From NCBI GenBank assembly GCA_934772445.1, contig CAKVMJ010000003.1, positions 1,672 to 65,671 of the forward strand: DNA of 64,000 nt, written 5' to 3'. The translations under genes were made by a program, and so were the position numbers. Numbering within the stretch: position 1 is the first letter of the stretch; every line of letters starts with the position of its first letter. Below are positions 26,201-36,318 of this stretch, piece by piece. The notes below the pieces were generated by a model, which saw only the letters and a program-made list of their open reading frames with translations, did not search any database and was not told the origin of the DNA. The stretch is from an uncultured Clostridia bacterium. GTDB lineage: Bacteria; Bacillota; Clostridia; Christensenellales; UBA1242.

Positions 26201-28537
26201 CTATTCTTTATCTATTTTTTCTTTTTCAGATTTAGATTTAGATTTCTTCTTGGCAGATTTATCCGTTTTTTCTTTTGAACCCTTTGAATCTTTAGAACTT
26301 ACTTTCTTTTTTGTTTCTTTAACTGTTTCTTTTTTCTCTAAATCTTCTTTTGGTTCTTCTACCTTTTCTTTCTTTTCGCCTTCTTCTTTCTTTGGTTCTT
26401 CTGCCTTACCAAAGATTTTTTCACTACTTTCTTTTAGCAATTTTTCATTTGCTTGTCTTAAAATTGCAGTTTCTTTCTTTATCATCTCAAATTCGCTATC
26501 TGAGATAACCCCTGCCTTTTTAAACGCTGCAGCAGTTTGTTCTTTTAATTCTTGCATTTTCTCTTCGTGCAATAATTTTGTTTCCAACTGCTTATACTCA
26601 TCTCTTTCTTTTCTTTGTTCTAATTTTTCAGTTAGTTGTCTGGCAACTTCTTTATAATCCTTACCTTCTAATATTGCATTAACTTCATCTTCATAGATAG
26701 TTTCTTTCTCAATCAAAAGGTTTGCCATATTATCTAAGATTGCTCTTTTTTCTGTTAGAATTTCTTTTGCTTTTTTATAGTTTTTATCAAGAATTTTCTT
26801 AACTTCTTCATCTATAATACTTGCTGTTTTTTCGCTATATGTGTTATGAACTTGGTAATCTCTACCTATAAACACTTCCTCGCCTTTACCAAAGTTTTGG
26901 AAACCAAGTTTTTCGCTCATACCCCATTCTGTAACCATTTTCTTGGCAATTTCTGTGGCTCTTTGAATATCTGAGCTTGCTCCAGCTGTAATATCTCCAA
27001 ATACCAATTCTTCAGCCATTCTTCCACCCATAGTCATACAAATACGACTATTTAGTTTAGAGAATGTGTAATGATTTTCATCATCAGCTGGTCTGGTTGA
27101 AGTATAACCACCAGCCATTCCTCTTGGTATAATAGAAACTTCGTGAACAGAATCGCCTGTATCTAAAGTTTTTGCAATAATTGCGTGACCAGCCTCGTGG
27201 TAAGCAGTTAATCTTTTATCTTTTTCAGTTATAATTCTGCTTTTCTTTTGAGGTCCCATCAAAACTTTATTAATACCTTCAGTAATATCTTCCATATTAA
27301 TTGTGGCGTGATTTCTTCTTGCTGCCATAATTGCTGCTTCATTTAAGAAATTCTCAATATCCGCACCAGTAAAGCCACTAGTTAATCTAGCCAACGATTT
27401 AAAATCTACATCGCTTTCAATTGGTTTATTTTTAGCGTGAATTTTAATAATTCCTTCCCTACCCTTAACATCTGGAGGATTTACATAAATTTGTCTATCA
27501 AATCTACCCGGTCTTAACAACGCTGGATCTAGAACATCAGCTCTATTTGTTGCAGCTAAAACGATAATTCCCTCATTGCTCTCAAAACCATCCATTTCAA
27601 CTAGCAATTGGTTTAGAGTTTGCTCTCTTTCATCGTTTCCGCCACCTAAACCAGCACCACGCTGTCTGCCCACAGCATCAATTTCATCAATAAATACGAT
27701 ACAAGGTGCATTTTTCTTAGCATTATCAAATAAATCTCTAACACGGCTTGCACCAACACCAACATAAAGTTCTACGAAATCTGAACCAGAAATGCTAAAG
27801 AATGGAACATTACTTTCCCCAGCAACTGCCTTTGCAAGCAATGTTTTACCAGTACCTGGAGGGCCAACTAACAATGCACCTTTAGGGATTCTAGCACCAA
27901 GTTCTTTAAACTTTGCAGGATTTTTTAAAAATTCAACCAATTCTGCAGTTTCTTCTTTTTCTTCATCAGCACCAGCAATATCATCAAATTTAACTTTGCT
28001 TTTCTCAACCATTCTTGCTTTGCTTCTACTAAATGAATTTGCTCCGCCCTTACCAGAGAACATTCTTATAATAAAAAATGCAACAATAATTAAAATCAAG
28101 ATAGATAAGTAAGGATAAACTTTATTTATAAAACTCTCGCCAGCGTTTGCCTCATAATAAGAATCAATGCCCGCTTTAGTTACTAAGTTTCCAGCACCAT
28201 CTTTTTCTTTGAATATATCAGATAATGAAGAATAAGAAGTGTAACTAAAATGATAATCCGCATATTTAGGGAATCTTTCTTTTTGCTTATCTGAAAGTTT
28301 ACTATCAAGAGTTATGATATAACCAGTACCATTAATAACATAAACTTCTTTTACCTTTCCCTCATCAACGAGCTTTTCAACGGTAATTTCAGTACCCGAA
28401 CCCGCTAAGGCAATATATTCTCCCTTATCACCTTTATTATAAACATAATACATCAATCCAACAAATACGACTAAAATTAGGAATATTGAAAATATAGATT
28501 TCCAAGAAACGCCGTTATTTTTCTTTTTATTGTCCAA
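26201..28537 (-). CDS. ftsH: ATP-dependent zinc metalloprotease FtsH with a long Lys/Glu-rich C-terminal tail
   Basis: Walker [21 protein letters not shown] region and HEAGHA zinc site. The likely start is TTG 28537 with AAGGAG 7 nt upstream; the track start at 28570 has no RBS. The last ~150 aa are K/E-rich low complexity. Confidence 0.9.
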   Translation of the reverse strand: MDNKKKNNGVSWKSIFSIFLILVVFVGLMYYVYNKGDKGEYIALAGSGTEITVEKLVDEGKVKEVYVINGTGYIITLDSKLSDKQKERFPKYADYHFSYTSYSSLSDIFKEKDGAGNLVTKAGIDSYYEANAGESFINKVYPYLSILILIIVAFFIIRMFSGKGGANSFSRSKARMVEKSKVKFDDIAGADEEKEETAELVEFLKNPAKFKELGARIPKGALLVGPPGTGKTLLAKAVAGESNVPFFSISGSDFVELYVGVGASRVRDLFDNAKKNAPCIVFIDEIDAVGRQRGAGLGGGNDEREQTLNQLLVEMDGFESNEGIIVLAATNRADVLDPALLRPGRFDRQIYVNPPDVKGREGIIKIHAKNKPIESDVDFKSLARLTSGFTGADIENFLNEAAIMAARRNHATINMEDITEGINKVLMGPQKKSRIITEKDKRLTAYHEAGHAIIAKTLDTGDSVHEVSIIPRGMAGGYTSTRPADDENHYTFSKLNSRICMTMGGRMAEELVFGDITAGASSDIQRATEIAKKMVTEWGMSEKLGFQNFGKGEEVFIGRDYQVHNTYSEKTASIIDEEVKKILDKNYKKAKEILTEKRAILDNMANLLIEKETIYEDEVNAILEGKDYKEVARQLTEKLEQRKERDEYKQLETKLLHEEKMQELKEQTAAAFKKAGVISDSEFEMIKKETAILRQANEKLLKESSEKIFGKAEEPKKEEGEKKEKVEEPKEDLEKKETVKETKKKVSSKDSKGSKEKTDKSAKKKSKSKSEKEKIDKE

Positions 28538-28747
28538 TTTAAAACTCCTTTTAAAAAAGTAAATTTTCAAATCCTAACGATAATTAGGCTATTTTACTTT
28601 AAACTTAATTTTAACATAAAATCCAGCCTTTGTAAACCAAAAAAATATTAACTTTTTCTTTTTAGTAACATTATATTTATTTTAATACAAATATTATCTA
28701 ATTATTAACCATTTTTTAATTAATATCTCAAAAAAGGTTTTACAGAT

Positions 28748-28776
28748 TTGCAATTATGCGTATTTTATTATACAAT
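28748..28776 (+). promoter_or_regulatory. Candidate sigma-A promoter of the SDR gene
   Basis: TTGCAA, 17-nt spacer, TACAAT. Lies 28 nt upstream of ATG 28804. Confidence 0.4.
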
Positions 28777-28803
28777 TAATCAAATATTGTTATTGGAGAA
28801 GAT

Positions 28804-29586
28804 ATGGATAGAATTGTTGTTATTACTGGCGGTTCAAGCGGTATTGGTCTTGAAACCAAGAAAAAATTTTTAGAAGCTGGAGATAAAGTTATAACCATTG
28901 CAAAAGATAATATTTCAGATAATGGTATGGAATATATTTGCGATGTTGCCGATGAAAAAGCAGTTTCAGGCATTTTCGAAGATATTGGCAAGAGATTTGG
29001 AAGAATAGATGTTTTAATAAATGGTGCGGGCTTTGGAATGAGCAGTATTTGCGAATTAACCACTTCAGAAGAGGCTAGAAGAATATTTGATGTTAATTTC
29101 TTTGGACTTTGGCTTTGCACAAAATATGCCCTACCTTTCATTCAAAAAGGCGGAAAAATTATAAATATAAGCTCCGCTATGGCAATTTTTCCAGTTTGCT
29201 ATAGAAGTTTTTATGGAGCATCAAAAAGTGCCGTTAGCGCGCTTACATTCTCTCAGAGAATGGAACTGAAAGCATTGGGTATTGATTTATGCGCAGTTTG
29301 CCCTGGAGATATAAAAACTAATTTCACTGCAAACCGAGTTAAAGATTTTACCACAAATGAAAGATACGGCTCTAAAATGAAAGAAGTTACCCACAAAATG
29401 GATAAAAAAGAGGATAAACGAATGAGCCCTTGCGTGGTTGGAAAAGCAATATTCAAAATTGCAAACAAGAGGAAAACTAAGCCTTTTTATATAATTGGCG
29501 GAAAATATAAATTCTTAAACTTCTTAAAACATATTGTACCTTTCTCTTGGCTTCTTTGGGGTTGTGAAAAATTTACTGCTAAGTAA
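28804..29586 (+). CDS. Short-chain dehydrogenase/reductase (SDR)
   Basis: 260 aa. Cofactor motif TGGSSGIGLE, NGAG, and catalytic Y-x-x-x-K (YGASKSAV). Confidence 0.85.
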   Translation: MDRIVVITGGSSGIGLETKKKFLEAGDKVITIAKDNISDNGMEYICDVADEKAVSGIFEDIGKRFGRIDVLINGAGFGMSSICELTTSEEARRIFDVNFFGLWLCTKYALPFIQKGGKIINISSAMAIFPVCYRSFYGASKSAVSALTFSQRMELKALGIDLCAVCPGDIKTNFTANRVKDFTTNERYGSKMKEVTHKMDKKEDKRMSPCVVGKAIFKIANKRKTKPFYIIGGKYKFLNFLKHIVPFSWLLWGCEKFTAK

Positions 29587-29616
29587 AAAAGTAGGATTCA
29601 AGATCCTACTTTTTAT
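29585..29616. terminator. Bidirectional terminator between convergent genes
   Basis: AGTAGGAT-TCAAG-ATCCTACT stem flanked by an A run and a T run. Confidence 0.75.
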
Positions 29617-32273
29617 TTTACTAATTTCTTCTTTTTCTTTTCATTATAAACAATAATTCCAATCGCTGTTGCTATAACAATAAGTCCGACACAAATTACA
29701 ATTATAACCCATAAATATCCAAATGGCTCTTTTTCGACTTCAAAGCCTTTTTCAATTATTTTGTTATACACATTATATGTTTCGTTTTCATTTGAAATTC
29801 TTAATCTAACATCATAAACGCCAACTTCTTTTGGAATGTTTGTTGACCAATTGTCTGTACCAGTTTTTGCGTATTCAACGATTATACCGCAATTTTCTGG
29901 AACAACAAATCCACCTTTTTCGCCCTCAGTTACTTTTTGAGGAGTTTCATTTTCTAAAACAAAATCTTTTTTAACAATTTCAAATGTACATTCATCTAAG
30001 CAACCATTATAATTATCTGTTTCTAAAACACTTGCAATTAGTTTGTAACTACCAGCTTTTGTTGGTGCAACATTACTATTATAATTAGAATTTAAGCCAA
30101 CATATTTATATGTAATTTCTCCAAACTTAACATATCCATTAGGAGTTTTTGCAGTTTCGCCAATTACCCAATTAGAAATTGATAAGTTTGTTATCATATT
30201 ATATGCATATTTCTCAATCTCGAAATTTAGTGTAATTGTTTGCTCCGCTTCATCTTTCCAAGCATAGTTTTTAAAACTATCATCAGATATTTTTAGGATA
30301 ACTTCATAATTTCCAACATTAATTCCGCCATCGTTTTTAATTACGATTATTCTATTATCTTCAGCAATATCTGCAATTTGAATTTCTCCATTATATGCTT
30401 TAGAATCTAAATTAGGAATTGAAATTGATGCTTTATTTATAACAAAATTAAAAGTTAGGTTATCTATCGTGGAATCACTCCATATATAATTGCTTTTATC
30501 TTTTAATGCAACTGTTACAAAATATAAGCCTGTATCTGTTTGTTTATTATTTGTAATTGTATAAGCACTATTTTCAACTAACAAATATATTTGTTCAGAA
30601 CCATTATATATAAACTTGTTTTTATTTTCTGTAGGTTTATCTATTTGTTTTTTCAATATTTTGAAAGAAACTTGCTCTGAAGCACCAACATAATTATCTG
30701 TTTCTTCAACTTTTGCAATTAATGTATAATTTCCAGCTGGTGCATTTGCTATATTTTCAACAACTTCACCATTGAAATTTTTATAAGTATATACAATTTC
30801 GCCCAGATTTGCATTTCCGCTTGGTTTATTAAACCCTTCATCATATTCGCTATACGCCCAATCTGTGATAGCTAAATTTGCTATATAATTTGTATAATTT
30901 TTCTTTATTTCAAATATAACTTTAACAGTTTCACTATCTCCTACTGTATCATCGCCCCATCTATAATTTTTTGCATCTTTTAATTGGAATATTACATCAT
31001 AATTTCCAGCATTTATTCCGCCCAAATTACCCGTGTTTTTAACCACACCATATAAATTACTAACGCTTACATCTGCAACTTGTAACCTACCATTATAATC
31101 CTTAGAATTAACGACAGGAACAGAAACAGATTGTTTTTCGATTATAAATTCAAATTCTAGCCTATCGGTTGAACCATCAGTCCATTCATAGCAATTCTCT
31201 TTTTTAAATTCAACATAAACAGTATAATTTCCAGCATCTGTTTGTTTATTTCCTGTTATGATATAAGCATCGTTTTCGGCTATATCATAAGTTTGTTCCA
31301 TTCCATTATATGTAAACAAACTACTATCTTTTTCAGGCTTACCCACAGTTTGCTTTGCGATTTCAAACGATATTGTTTCTGTAACGCCACTATGGTTATC
31401 CGTTTCTTCAACTTTTGCTTCAAGAGTATATAAACCAGCAGGTGCGTTTGCTATATCTTCAACAACTTCCGAATTGCTATTATAATATGTGTAAACAATT
31501 TCACCTACAGTTGATGTTGCACTTGGTGCATTAACCACTGCATCGTATTGTCCATAATTCCAAGAGGTGATTTTTAAACCTGAAATTTGGTTATTTGTTT
31601 CTTTTAAGATTTGAAACTTTGCAGTAACTGTATCTTGAGTTTTATCTTCAACACCATTCCAAAAGAATACCTCAACATTTTTGCTTTTTAATGTTACTTC
31701 GTATTCGCCAACATTAATTCCGCCTTCATTTGCTAGAACATCATATTTTGCATCAGTTGGAATTGTGGCAACTTGTTGCTTGCCATTATATGTGGCGGTA
31801 AATGTTGGAATATCCATTCCCTCTTCATCGGCAACTATAAAATAATCTTCAATGGTTACTTCATATTTTGCATAATTATTCCTTGTATCTGTAATAGTTA
31901 TATATAAATCGTAGTATCCTTTATTGCCAACGAAACCCACTACCCAACTCTCACCTGCATCATTATGAGATTTAACTAAAGCGGAATAATTTAGAGTGGA
32001 AACATATTTATATCTGTTTCCATCAATACCTGTTGTTCTCTCTGCAATTAAATCTTCATTTTCAACAACGAAATATTCGTTCGGATTTAAATCAACCTCT
32101 GAGCCTCCTTTATACTTAATATAAGCAGGCTTTTCATCAATGATTACATTCATCTGTTTTAATTCACCCTCAGCCAAAACTTCTTTTTTAGGACTTACAG
32201 TACCCAAACAAAAAGCAAGCGCTAAAATTAACACTGGCATAATTAAACTACATATTCTTTTCACATTTTTCAT
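29613..32273 (-). CDS. Cell-surface repeat protein (MBG-like modules), signal peptide plus C-terminal TM anchor
   Basis: 886 aa. Signal peptide ending LAEGE. Three ~230-aa super-repeats (ANAPAG(L/N)YTL(E/I)AKVEETDN..., YNG-x-xQ..., GINVG(E/N)YEV) reminiscent of MBG domains. C-terminal TM LWVIIVICVGLIVIATAIGIIVY followed by a KKKKK stop-transfer. Confidence 0.7.
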   Translation of the reverse strand: MKNVKRICSLIMPVLILALAFCLGTVSPKKEVLAEGELKQMNVIIDEKPAYIKYKGGSEVDLNPNEYFVVENEDLIAERTTGIDGNRYKYVSTLNYSALVKSHNDAGESWVVGFVGNKGYYDLYITITDTRNNYAKYEVTIEDYFIVADEEGMDIPTFTATYNGKQQVATIPTDAKYDVLANEGGINVGEYEVTLKSKNVEVFFWNGVEDKTQDTVTAKFQILKETNNQISGLKITSWNYGQYDAVVNAPSATSTVGEIVYTYYNSNSEVVEDIANAPAGLYTLEAKVEETDNHSGVTETISFEIAKQTVGKPEKDSSLFTYNGMEQTYDIAENDAYIITGNKQTDAGNYTVYVEFKKENCYEWTDGSTDRLEFEFIIEKQSVSVPVVNSKDYNGRLQVADVSVSNLYGVVKNTGNLGGINAGNYDVIFQLKDAKNYRWGDDTVGDSETVKVIFEIKKNYTNYIANLAITDWAYSEYDEGFNKPSGNANLGEIVYTYKNFNGEVVENIANAPAGNYTLIAKVEETDNYVGASEQVSFKILKKQIDKPTENKNKFIYNGSEQIYLLVENSAYTITNNKQTDTGLYFVTVALKDKSNYIWSDSTIDNLTFNFVINKASISIPNLDSKAYNGEIQIADIAEDNRIIVIKNDGGINVGNYEVILKISDDSFKNYAWKDEAEQTITLNFEIEKYAYNMITNLSISNWVIGETAKTPNGYVKFGEITYKYVGLNSNYNSNVAPTKAGSYKLIASVLETDNYNGCLDECTFEIVKKDFVLENETPQKVTEGEKGGFVVPENCGIIVEYAKTGTDNWSTNIPKEVGVYDVRLRISNENETYNVYNKIIEKGFEVEKEPFGYLWVIIVICVGLIVIATAIGIIVYNEKKKKKLVK

Positions 32274-32464
32274 ATTGTTTTTTCCTTTAGTTTATTTATA
32301 TATAAAAGTTTTGCATAAAACAAAACACTTATAACCTAATAAAATACCCAAAAGCCTACATTTATCAATTCTATATTATCAACTTTTTAACTAAAGTGCA
32401 AACAAATAAAATAAAACTTAGAAAATCTACAAATTAGGTTTTATTGCTAATTTTATATTAAAAA

Positions 32465-32490
32465 CATAAAAAGTGTGATATAATCACACC
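32465..32490 (-). terminator. Terminator of aspS
   Basis: GTGTGAT-ATA-ATCACAC stem followed by TTTTTAT on the minus strand. Confidence 0.75.
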
Positions 32491-32494
32491 TTTT

Positions 32495-34237
32495 TTACTT
32501 TTTATCTATCAATTCAAGGCCAACATCTTTTAATTGTTTTTCGCTAACCTTACTTGGAGCACCCATCATTAAATCTCTTGCGTTTTTATTCAATGGGAAT
32601 GCTATAACTTCTCTTATAAATTCATTATCTGTTAAAATCATAAGAAGTCTTTCAAGACCGAATGCACCGCCAGCGTGAGGTGGAGCACCATATTGGAATG
32701 CATTATATAATGCACCAAATTTATCTTTAACTGTTTGCTCATCATATCCAGCCATTTCAAAAGCTTTAACCATTAAATCTGTTTGGTGGTTTCTAACCGC
32801 ACCAGACAATGTTTCATAACCATTTATAACCATATCATATTGGTAAGCTAAAATCTCGAAAGGATTTTTAGAATTTAATGCTTCCATTCCGCCTTGTGGC
32901 ATAGAGAACGGATTATGAGCAAAGTCTATATCTCCTGTTTCTTCATTCTTTTCAAAGAATGGGAAATCACAAATCCAACAACAAGCAATTTTATTTTTAT
33001 CTATCAAATTTAATTGTTTACCAAGTTCGTTTCTAAGAACATTTGTAAGTTTTATAACTTGGTCTTTTTCATCAGCAATCATCAAAACAGATTCGCCATC
33101 TTTTAAATCAAATTCTTTAATTAAATCTGCTTTATTCTGTTCTGTTAAGAATTTTGAAATTCCGCCAGCAAATTCTCCATTTTCAAATTTAACCCAAGCA
33201 ACGCCCTTACCTTCATAAGAAACTATTAGAGTTGTTAATTCATCATAGAATTTTCTAGTTTTTTCTTTTGCATTAACAGAAATACCTTTAATTGTTTTGC
33301 CTTTAAATGCATTAAATTCAGTACCTTCAAACATATTTGTTAAATCGTGAACAATTAGAGGGTTTCTTAAATCTGGTTTATCTGAACAATATTTATCTAT
33401 TGCCTCTTTATATGGTATTCTAACAAATGGTTTACCGCACATTTCCTTATCTGAGAATGTTTTGAAAAATTCTGTTATAAATTCCTCGCCAGCTCTCATA
33501 ACATCATCTTGTGTGGCAAAACTCATTTCAAAATCCACTTGGTAGAACTCGCCCGGTGACCTATCCGCTCTCGCAGCCTCGTTTCTAAAACAAGGTGCGA
33601 TTTGGAAATATTTATCAAAACCTGAAATCATCAAAAGTTGCTTAAATTGTTGGGGTGCTTGAGGAAGCGCATAAAACTCTCCCGGAGCATTAACCGTTGG
33701 AACAATATAATCTCTAGCACCTTCTGGGCTTGATGATGTTAGGATTGGAGTTTGAACTTCTAAGAATCCCATTTGGGTTAGTTTGTTTCTAATCCAACTT
33801 AAAACTTTAGCTCTAAGCACAATAATTTTATGAGTAAGAGGATTTCTTAAATCCAAATACCTATAAGTTAATCTTAATTCTTCTTTTGTGTTTTGAGAAT
33901 CGTTTATTTCGAAAGGAAGAACTGGAAGGCTCTTACCAAGCAAAGTTACATTTTTTGCAACAACTTCAATATCGCCTGTTTCCATCTTAGGATTTTTACT
34001 GCTTCTTTCTTCCACTGTTCCAGTAATACTAACAGTACTTTCTTTACAAATATCTTTCAACATTTCTTCATTATCAAAAACTACTTGTGTTAAGCCAAAA
34101 TGGTCACGCAAAGTTAGAAATGTGATACCGCCAAGTTTTCTTATTGAGTTTACCCAACCAGCAAGCCTAACTTCCTTCTTACAATCTTCTATTCTTAACT
34201 CACCACAATTATGAGTTCTATAAACATTTTCTTGCAT
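32495..34237 (-). CDS. aspS: Aspartate--tRNA ligase
   Basis: Class IIb motifs FQIAPCFRNEAARADRSPGEFYQVD and GGAFGLERL, with bacterial-type insertion. The start is set at ATG 34237 (MQENVYRTHNCGELR) because GGAGA lies 5 nt upstream. Confidence 0.9.
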   Translation of the reverse strand: MQENVYRTHNCGELRIEDCKKEVRLAGWVNSIRKLGGITFLTLRDHFGLTQVVFDNEEMLKDICKESTVSITGTVEERSSKNPKMETGDIEVVAKNVTLLGKSLPVLPFEINDSQNTKEELRLTYRYLDLRNPLTHKIIVLRAKVLSWIRNKLTQMGFLEVQTPILTSSSPEGARDYIVPTVNAPGEFYALPQAPQQFKQLLMISGFDKYFQIAPCFRNEAARADRSPGEFYQVDFEMSFATQDDVMRAGEEFITEFFKTFSDKEMCGKPFVRIPYKEAIDKYCSDKPDLRNPLIVHDLTNMFEGTEFNAFKGKTIKGISVNAKEKTRKFYDELTTLIVSYEGKGVAWVKFENGEFAGGISKFLTEQNKADLIKEFDLKDGESVLMIADEKDQVIKLTNVLRNELGKQLNLIDKNKIACCWICDFPFFEKNEETGDIDFAHNPFSMPQGGMEALNSKNPFEILAYQYDMVINGYETLSGAVRNHQTDLMVKAFEMAGYDEQTVKDKFGALYNAFQYGAPPHAGGAFGLERLLMILTDNEFIREVIAFPLNKNARDLMMGAPSKVSEKQLKDVGLELIDKK

Positions 34238-34266
34238 AACTTTCTCCATATATGTATGATTTAGTG

Positions 34267-34296
34267 ATTATACAACTAATTAAGTTTGTTTGTCAA
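34267..34296 (-). promoter_or_regulatory. Sigma-A promoter of aspS
   Basis: Minus strand reads TTGACA, 18-nt spacer, TATAAT. The short ~25-nt leader leaves no room for a T-box. Confidence 0.6.
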
Positions 34297-34330
34297 GAAA
34301 AAGATAATTAAAAGAGGCTTATAAAGGATT

Positions 34331-34366
34331 AAAAACAAAAAAGTTGGAATAAATCCAACTTTTTTT
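34331..34366. terminator. Terminator after rplL
   Basis: AGTTGGA-ATAAA-TCCAACT stem flanked by an A run and a T run. Confidence 0.8.
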
Positions 34367-34405
34367 CAACTAAATAATATAAAGATTTTTAATTATTAAA
34401 TGAAA

Positions 34406-34780
34406 CTATTTAAGTTCAACAGTTGCGCCAGCTTCTTTTAATTTAGCTTCGATAGCTTTAGCTTCTTCAGCTGGAACATTTTCTTTAATAACTTTTGGAG
34501 CACCATCAACTAATGCTTTTGCTTCACCAAGACCTAAGCCAGTGATTTCTTTAACAACTTTGATAACTGCAATTTTATTTGCGCCAGCTTCTTTCAATTC
34601 AATATTGAATTCGCTCTTTTCTTCTGCAGCTGCAGCAGCACCTGCACCAGCGTTACCAGCAACTGCAACTTGAGCAGCAGCACTAACACCAAATTTTTCT
34701 TCTAACATTTTTACTAAATCATTTAATTCTAAAACTGATAATTTTTCGATTTCTTCTACAAATTTATTTAAATCTGCCAT
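34406..34780 (-). CDS. rplL: 50S ribosomal protein L7/L12
   Basis: [32 protein letters not shown]... with an Ala-rich hinge and C-terminal [10 protein letters not shown]. The start is ATG 34780 with a GGGAGA RBS; the track ORF extends 10 codons too far. Confidence 0.95.
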   Translation of the reverse strand: MADLNKFVEEIEKLSVLELNDLVKMLEEKFGVSAAAQVAVAGNAGAGAAAAAEEKSEFNIELKEAGANKIAVIKVVKEITGLGLGEAKALVDGAPKVIKENVPAEEAKAIEAKLKEAGATVELK

Positions 34781-34950
34781 TTTAATTTCTCCCTTATTTT
34801 TAATTTGCAAGCCATATATTATTTTGCTTGCTTAATATTTTTTAGCGTAAACCACTATTCGTTTTATTTGATTTACACGATATTAATTATGTTCAAATCA
34901 TATTGCCCATAATTTCGCAAGTTTAAAAACTTGCCAATAATTTTAATCAA

Positions 34951-35442
34951 TTAGTTTGCTTTTGTTTTTGCAATTTCGTTTAATGCTCTAGCAAATGCAG
35001 AAACAGGCGCTTGAAGCATACCCATAAGCATAGCAACAAGTACAGGTTTTGAAGGAACTTTTGCAAGTGCTTCCATTTGCGCCGAATTCATAATTTCGCC
35101 ATTTACAACACCAAACTTAACAGACATTTTATTGAACTTATCTTTTGCTTCGCAGAAAATTCTAGCTGGAGCTGTTTCATCTGATGAGAAAGCAACAGCT
35201 GTTGTACCTTCAAAGCATTTTGGATCGTAACCAGTGATTCCAAGTTCATCTAAAACTCTAGTAAGCAATCTATTTTTGAATACTTTATAAGTAACATTTT
35301 CATTTCTGAAATTTTTTCTTAAAGCAGTATCCTCAGCAACTGTGATGCCACGATAATCAACAAAAAGCATACTTTTTGCATCTTTTAATTGCTCTTTTAA
35401 TTCGCTAACTAATTGTTTTTTAGCCTCTAAATTCTCGCTCAT
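34951..35442 (-). CDS. rplJ: 50S ribosomal protein L10
   Basis: 163 aa. Typical L10 N-terminus (KKQLVSELKEQLKDAKSMLFVDYRGITV). Immediately upstream of rplL. Confidence 0.95.
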   Translation of the reverse strand: MSENLEAKKQLVSELKEQLKDAKSMLFVDYRGITVAEDTALRKNFRNENVTYKVFKNRLLTRVLDELGITGYDPKCFEGTTAVAFSSDETAPARIFCEAKDKFNKMSVKFGVVNGEIMNSAQMEALAKVPSKPVLVAMLMGMLQAPVSAFARALNEIAKTKAN

Positions 35443-35612
35443 TATATCTCCTTTATTTAGTTATTATTAAAATAAAAATTCCTTAACGCCGAAATAAGCA
35501 TTAAGGGATATAATCTCTATAACAACTTACCTCGGCAAGATGGGATAACACCCTAATTAAACTGGCTTAAACCAGCTCTTGCGGTCTTAGGCAAAAGGAA
35601 TATTTAATTCAA
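35443..35612 (-). promoter_or_regulatory. Ribosomal protein L10 leader (cis-regulatory RNA with attenuator)
   Basis: About 170-nt leader between the promoter and the rplJ ATG. The GC-enriched structured core (GCCTAAGACCGCAAGAGCTGGTTTAAGCCAG...GGGTGTTATCCCATCTTGCCGAGG) stands out from the AT-rich background. A terminator hairpin follows, in the position and with the logic of the Firmicute L10 leader. Confidence 0.6.
35469..35507 (-). terminator. Leader attenuator terminator upstream of rplJ
   Basis: Minus strand reads CCTTAATGC-TTATTTCG-GCGTTAAGG (9 bp including one G-U) followed by AATTTTTATTTT. It ends about 25 nt before the rplJ RBS. Confidence 0.65.
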
Positions 35613-35619
35613 CGCGTAT

Positions 35620-35648
35620 ATTATATTATGTTTTTTAAATTTTGTCAA
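35620..35648 (-). promoter_or_regulatory. Sigma-A promoter of rplJL
   Basis: Minus strand reads TTGACA, 17-nt spacer, TATAAT (both hexamers at consensus). Confidence 0.7.
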
Positions 35649-35721
35649 GACTTACATCTAAAATTATTTAACATTTTAAGAAGTTTTGTAATTAAAATTA
35701 ATATTTAATATTTTCAATATT

Positions 35722-36141
35722 TTATTTCACAACCTTTTTCATAATAGAAATTAATTCTGAAATGGCAGGCGAAAATCTGCTTTTTCTATATGCGTAACCT
35801 ATATTTGTGGCTGGCAATTTAAAATCTAGCTCCACTTCATATAGTTCATTTGAGCTATTTTTTATAGAATCTTTCAATGCCCAACCAATCCCCACGCCCT
35901 CTTTTACAAGAGAAATCATAGCCTCTGTGGAATAAACATAAATATTAGATTTTACATTCAAATTTCTTTCTTTAAAAACTTTTATCAAGGATTCACTCGT
36001 TGAAAATCCATTTAAAGGTAATATAAGAGGAATGTCACCACCATTAAGTACCTTTTGTTTTGACTCAACAGATAAATCATAAATTTTTTTGTTTGCAAAA
36101 AAACAACTTTCTAATGATGCTAATTTTTCTTGAAAACAAGA
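35722..36141 (-). pseudogene. LysR-family regulator remnant (C-terminal half of the substrate-binding domain only)
   Basis: The frame is open for 139 codons but has no ATG or GTG; the first usable start is TTG 35988. The product (...DIPLILPLNGFSTSESLIKVFKERNLNVKSNIYVYSTEAMISLVKEGVGIGWAL...) matches the LysR effector domain. The HTH domain and the first ~150 residues are missing. Confidence 0.6.
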
Positions 36142-36283
36142 TTATGTTTCATACTTTTACACCTCTTTAGTAGTATTAAAGAATTATTTTATATTTATGT
36201 CAATCCTTTTATCTAAATATAAATAAATTTTATATATAAATAAAAGCAAAAAAACATTAAAGAATATTAATTCTTTCAAATAA

Positions 36284-36313
36284 ACAACAAAAAAACACCA
36301 TAAAAATGGTGTT
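36284..36313 (-). terminator. Terminator after rplA
   Basis: Minus strand reads AACACCA-TTTTT-TGGTGTT followed by TTTTTTGTTGTTT. Confidence 0.8.
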
Positions 36314-36318
36314 TTTAA

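Noticed and set aside
26250-28112. Plus-strand ORFs (135, 63 and 106 aa) inside ftsH
   Set aside because: They are antisense to a highly conserved gene. The S/F/L-rich products are the complement of K/E-rich codons.
34250-34405. T-box leader upstream of aspS (and likewise upstream of asnA at 6030-6218)
   Set aside because: The aspS leader is only about 25 nt after a consensus promoter. Neither region contains a T-box sequence, a specifier loop or a terminator/antiterminator pair of the right size.
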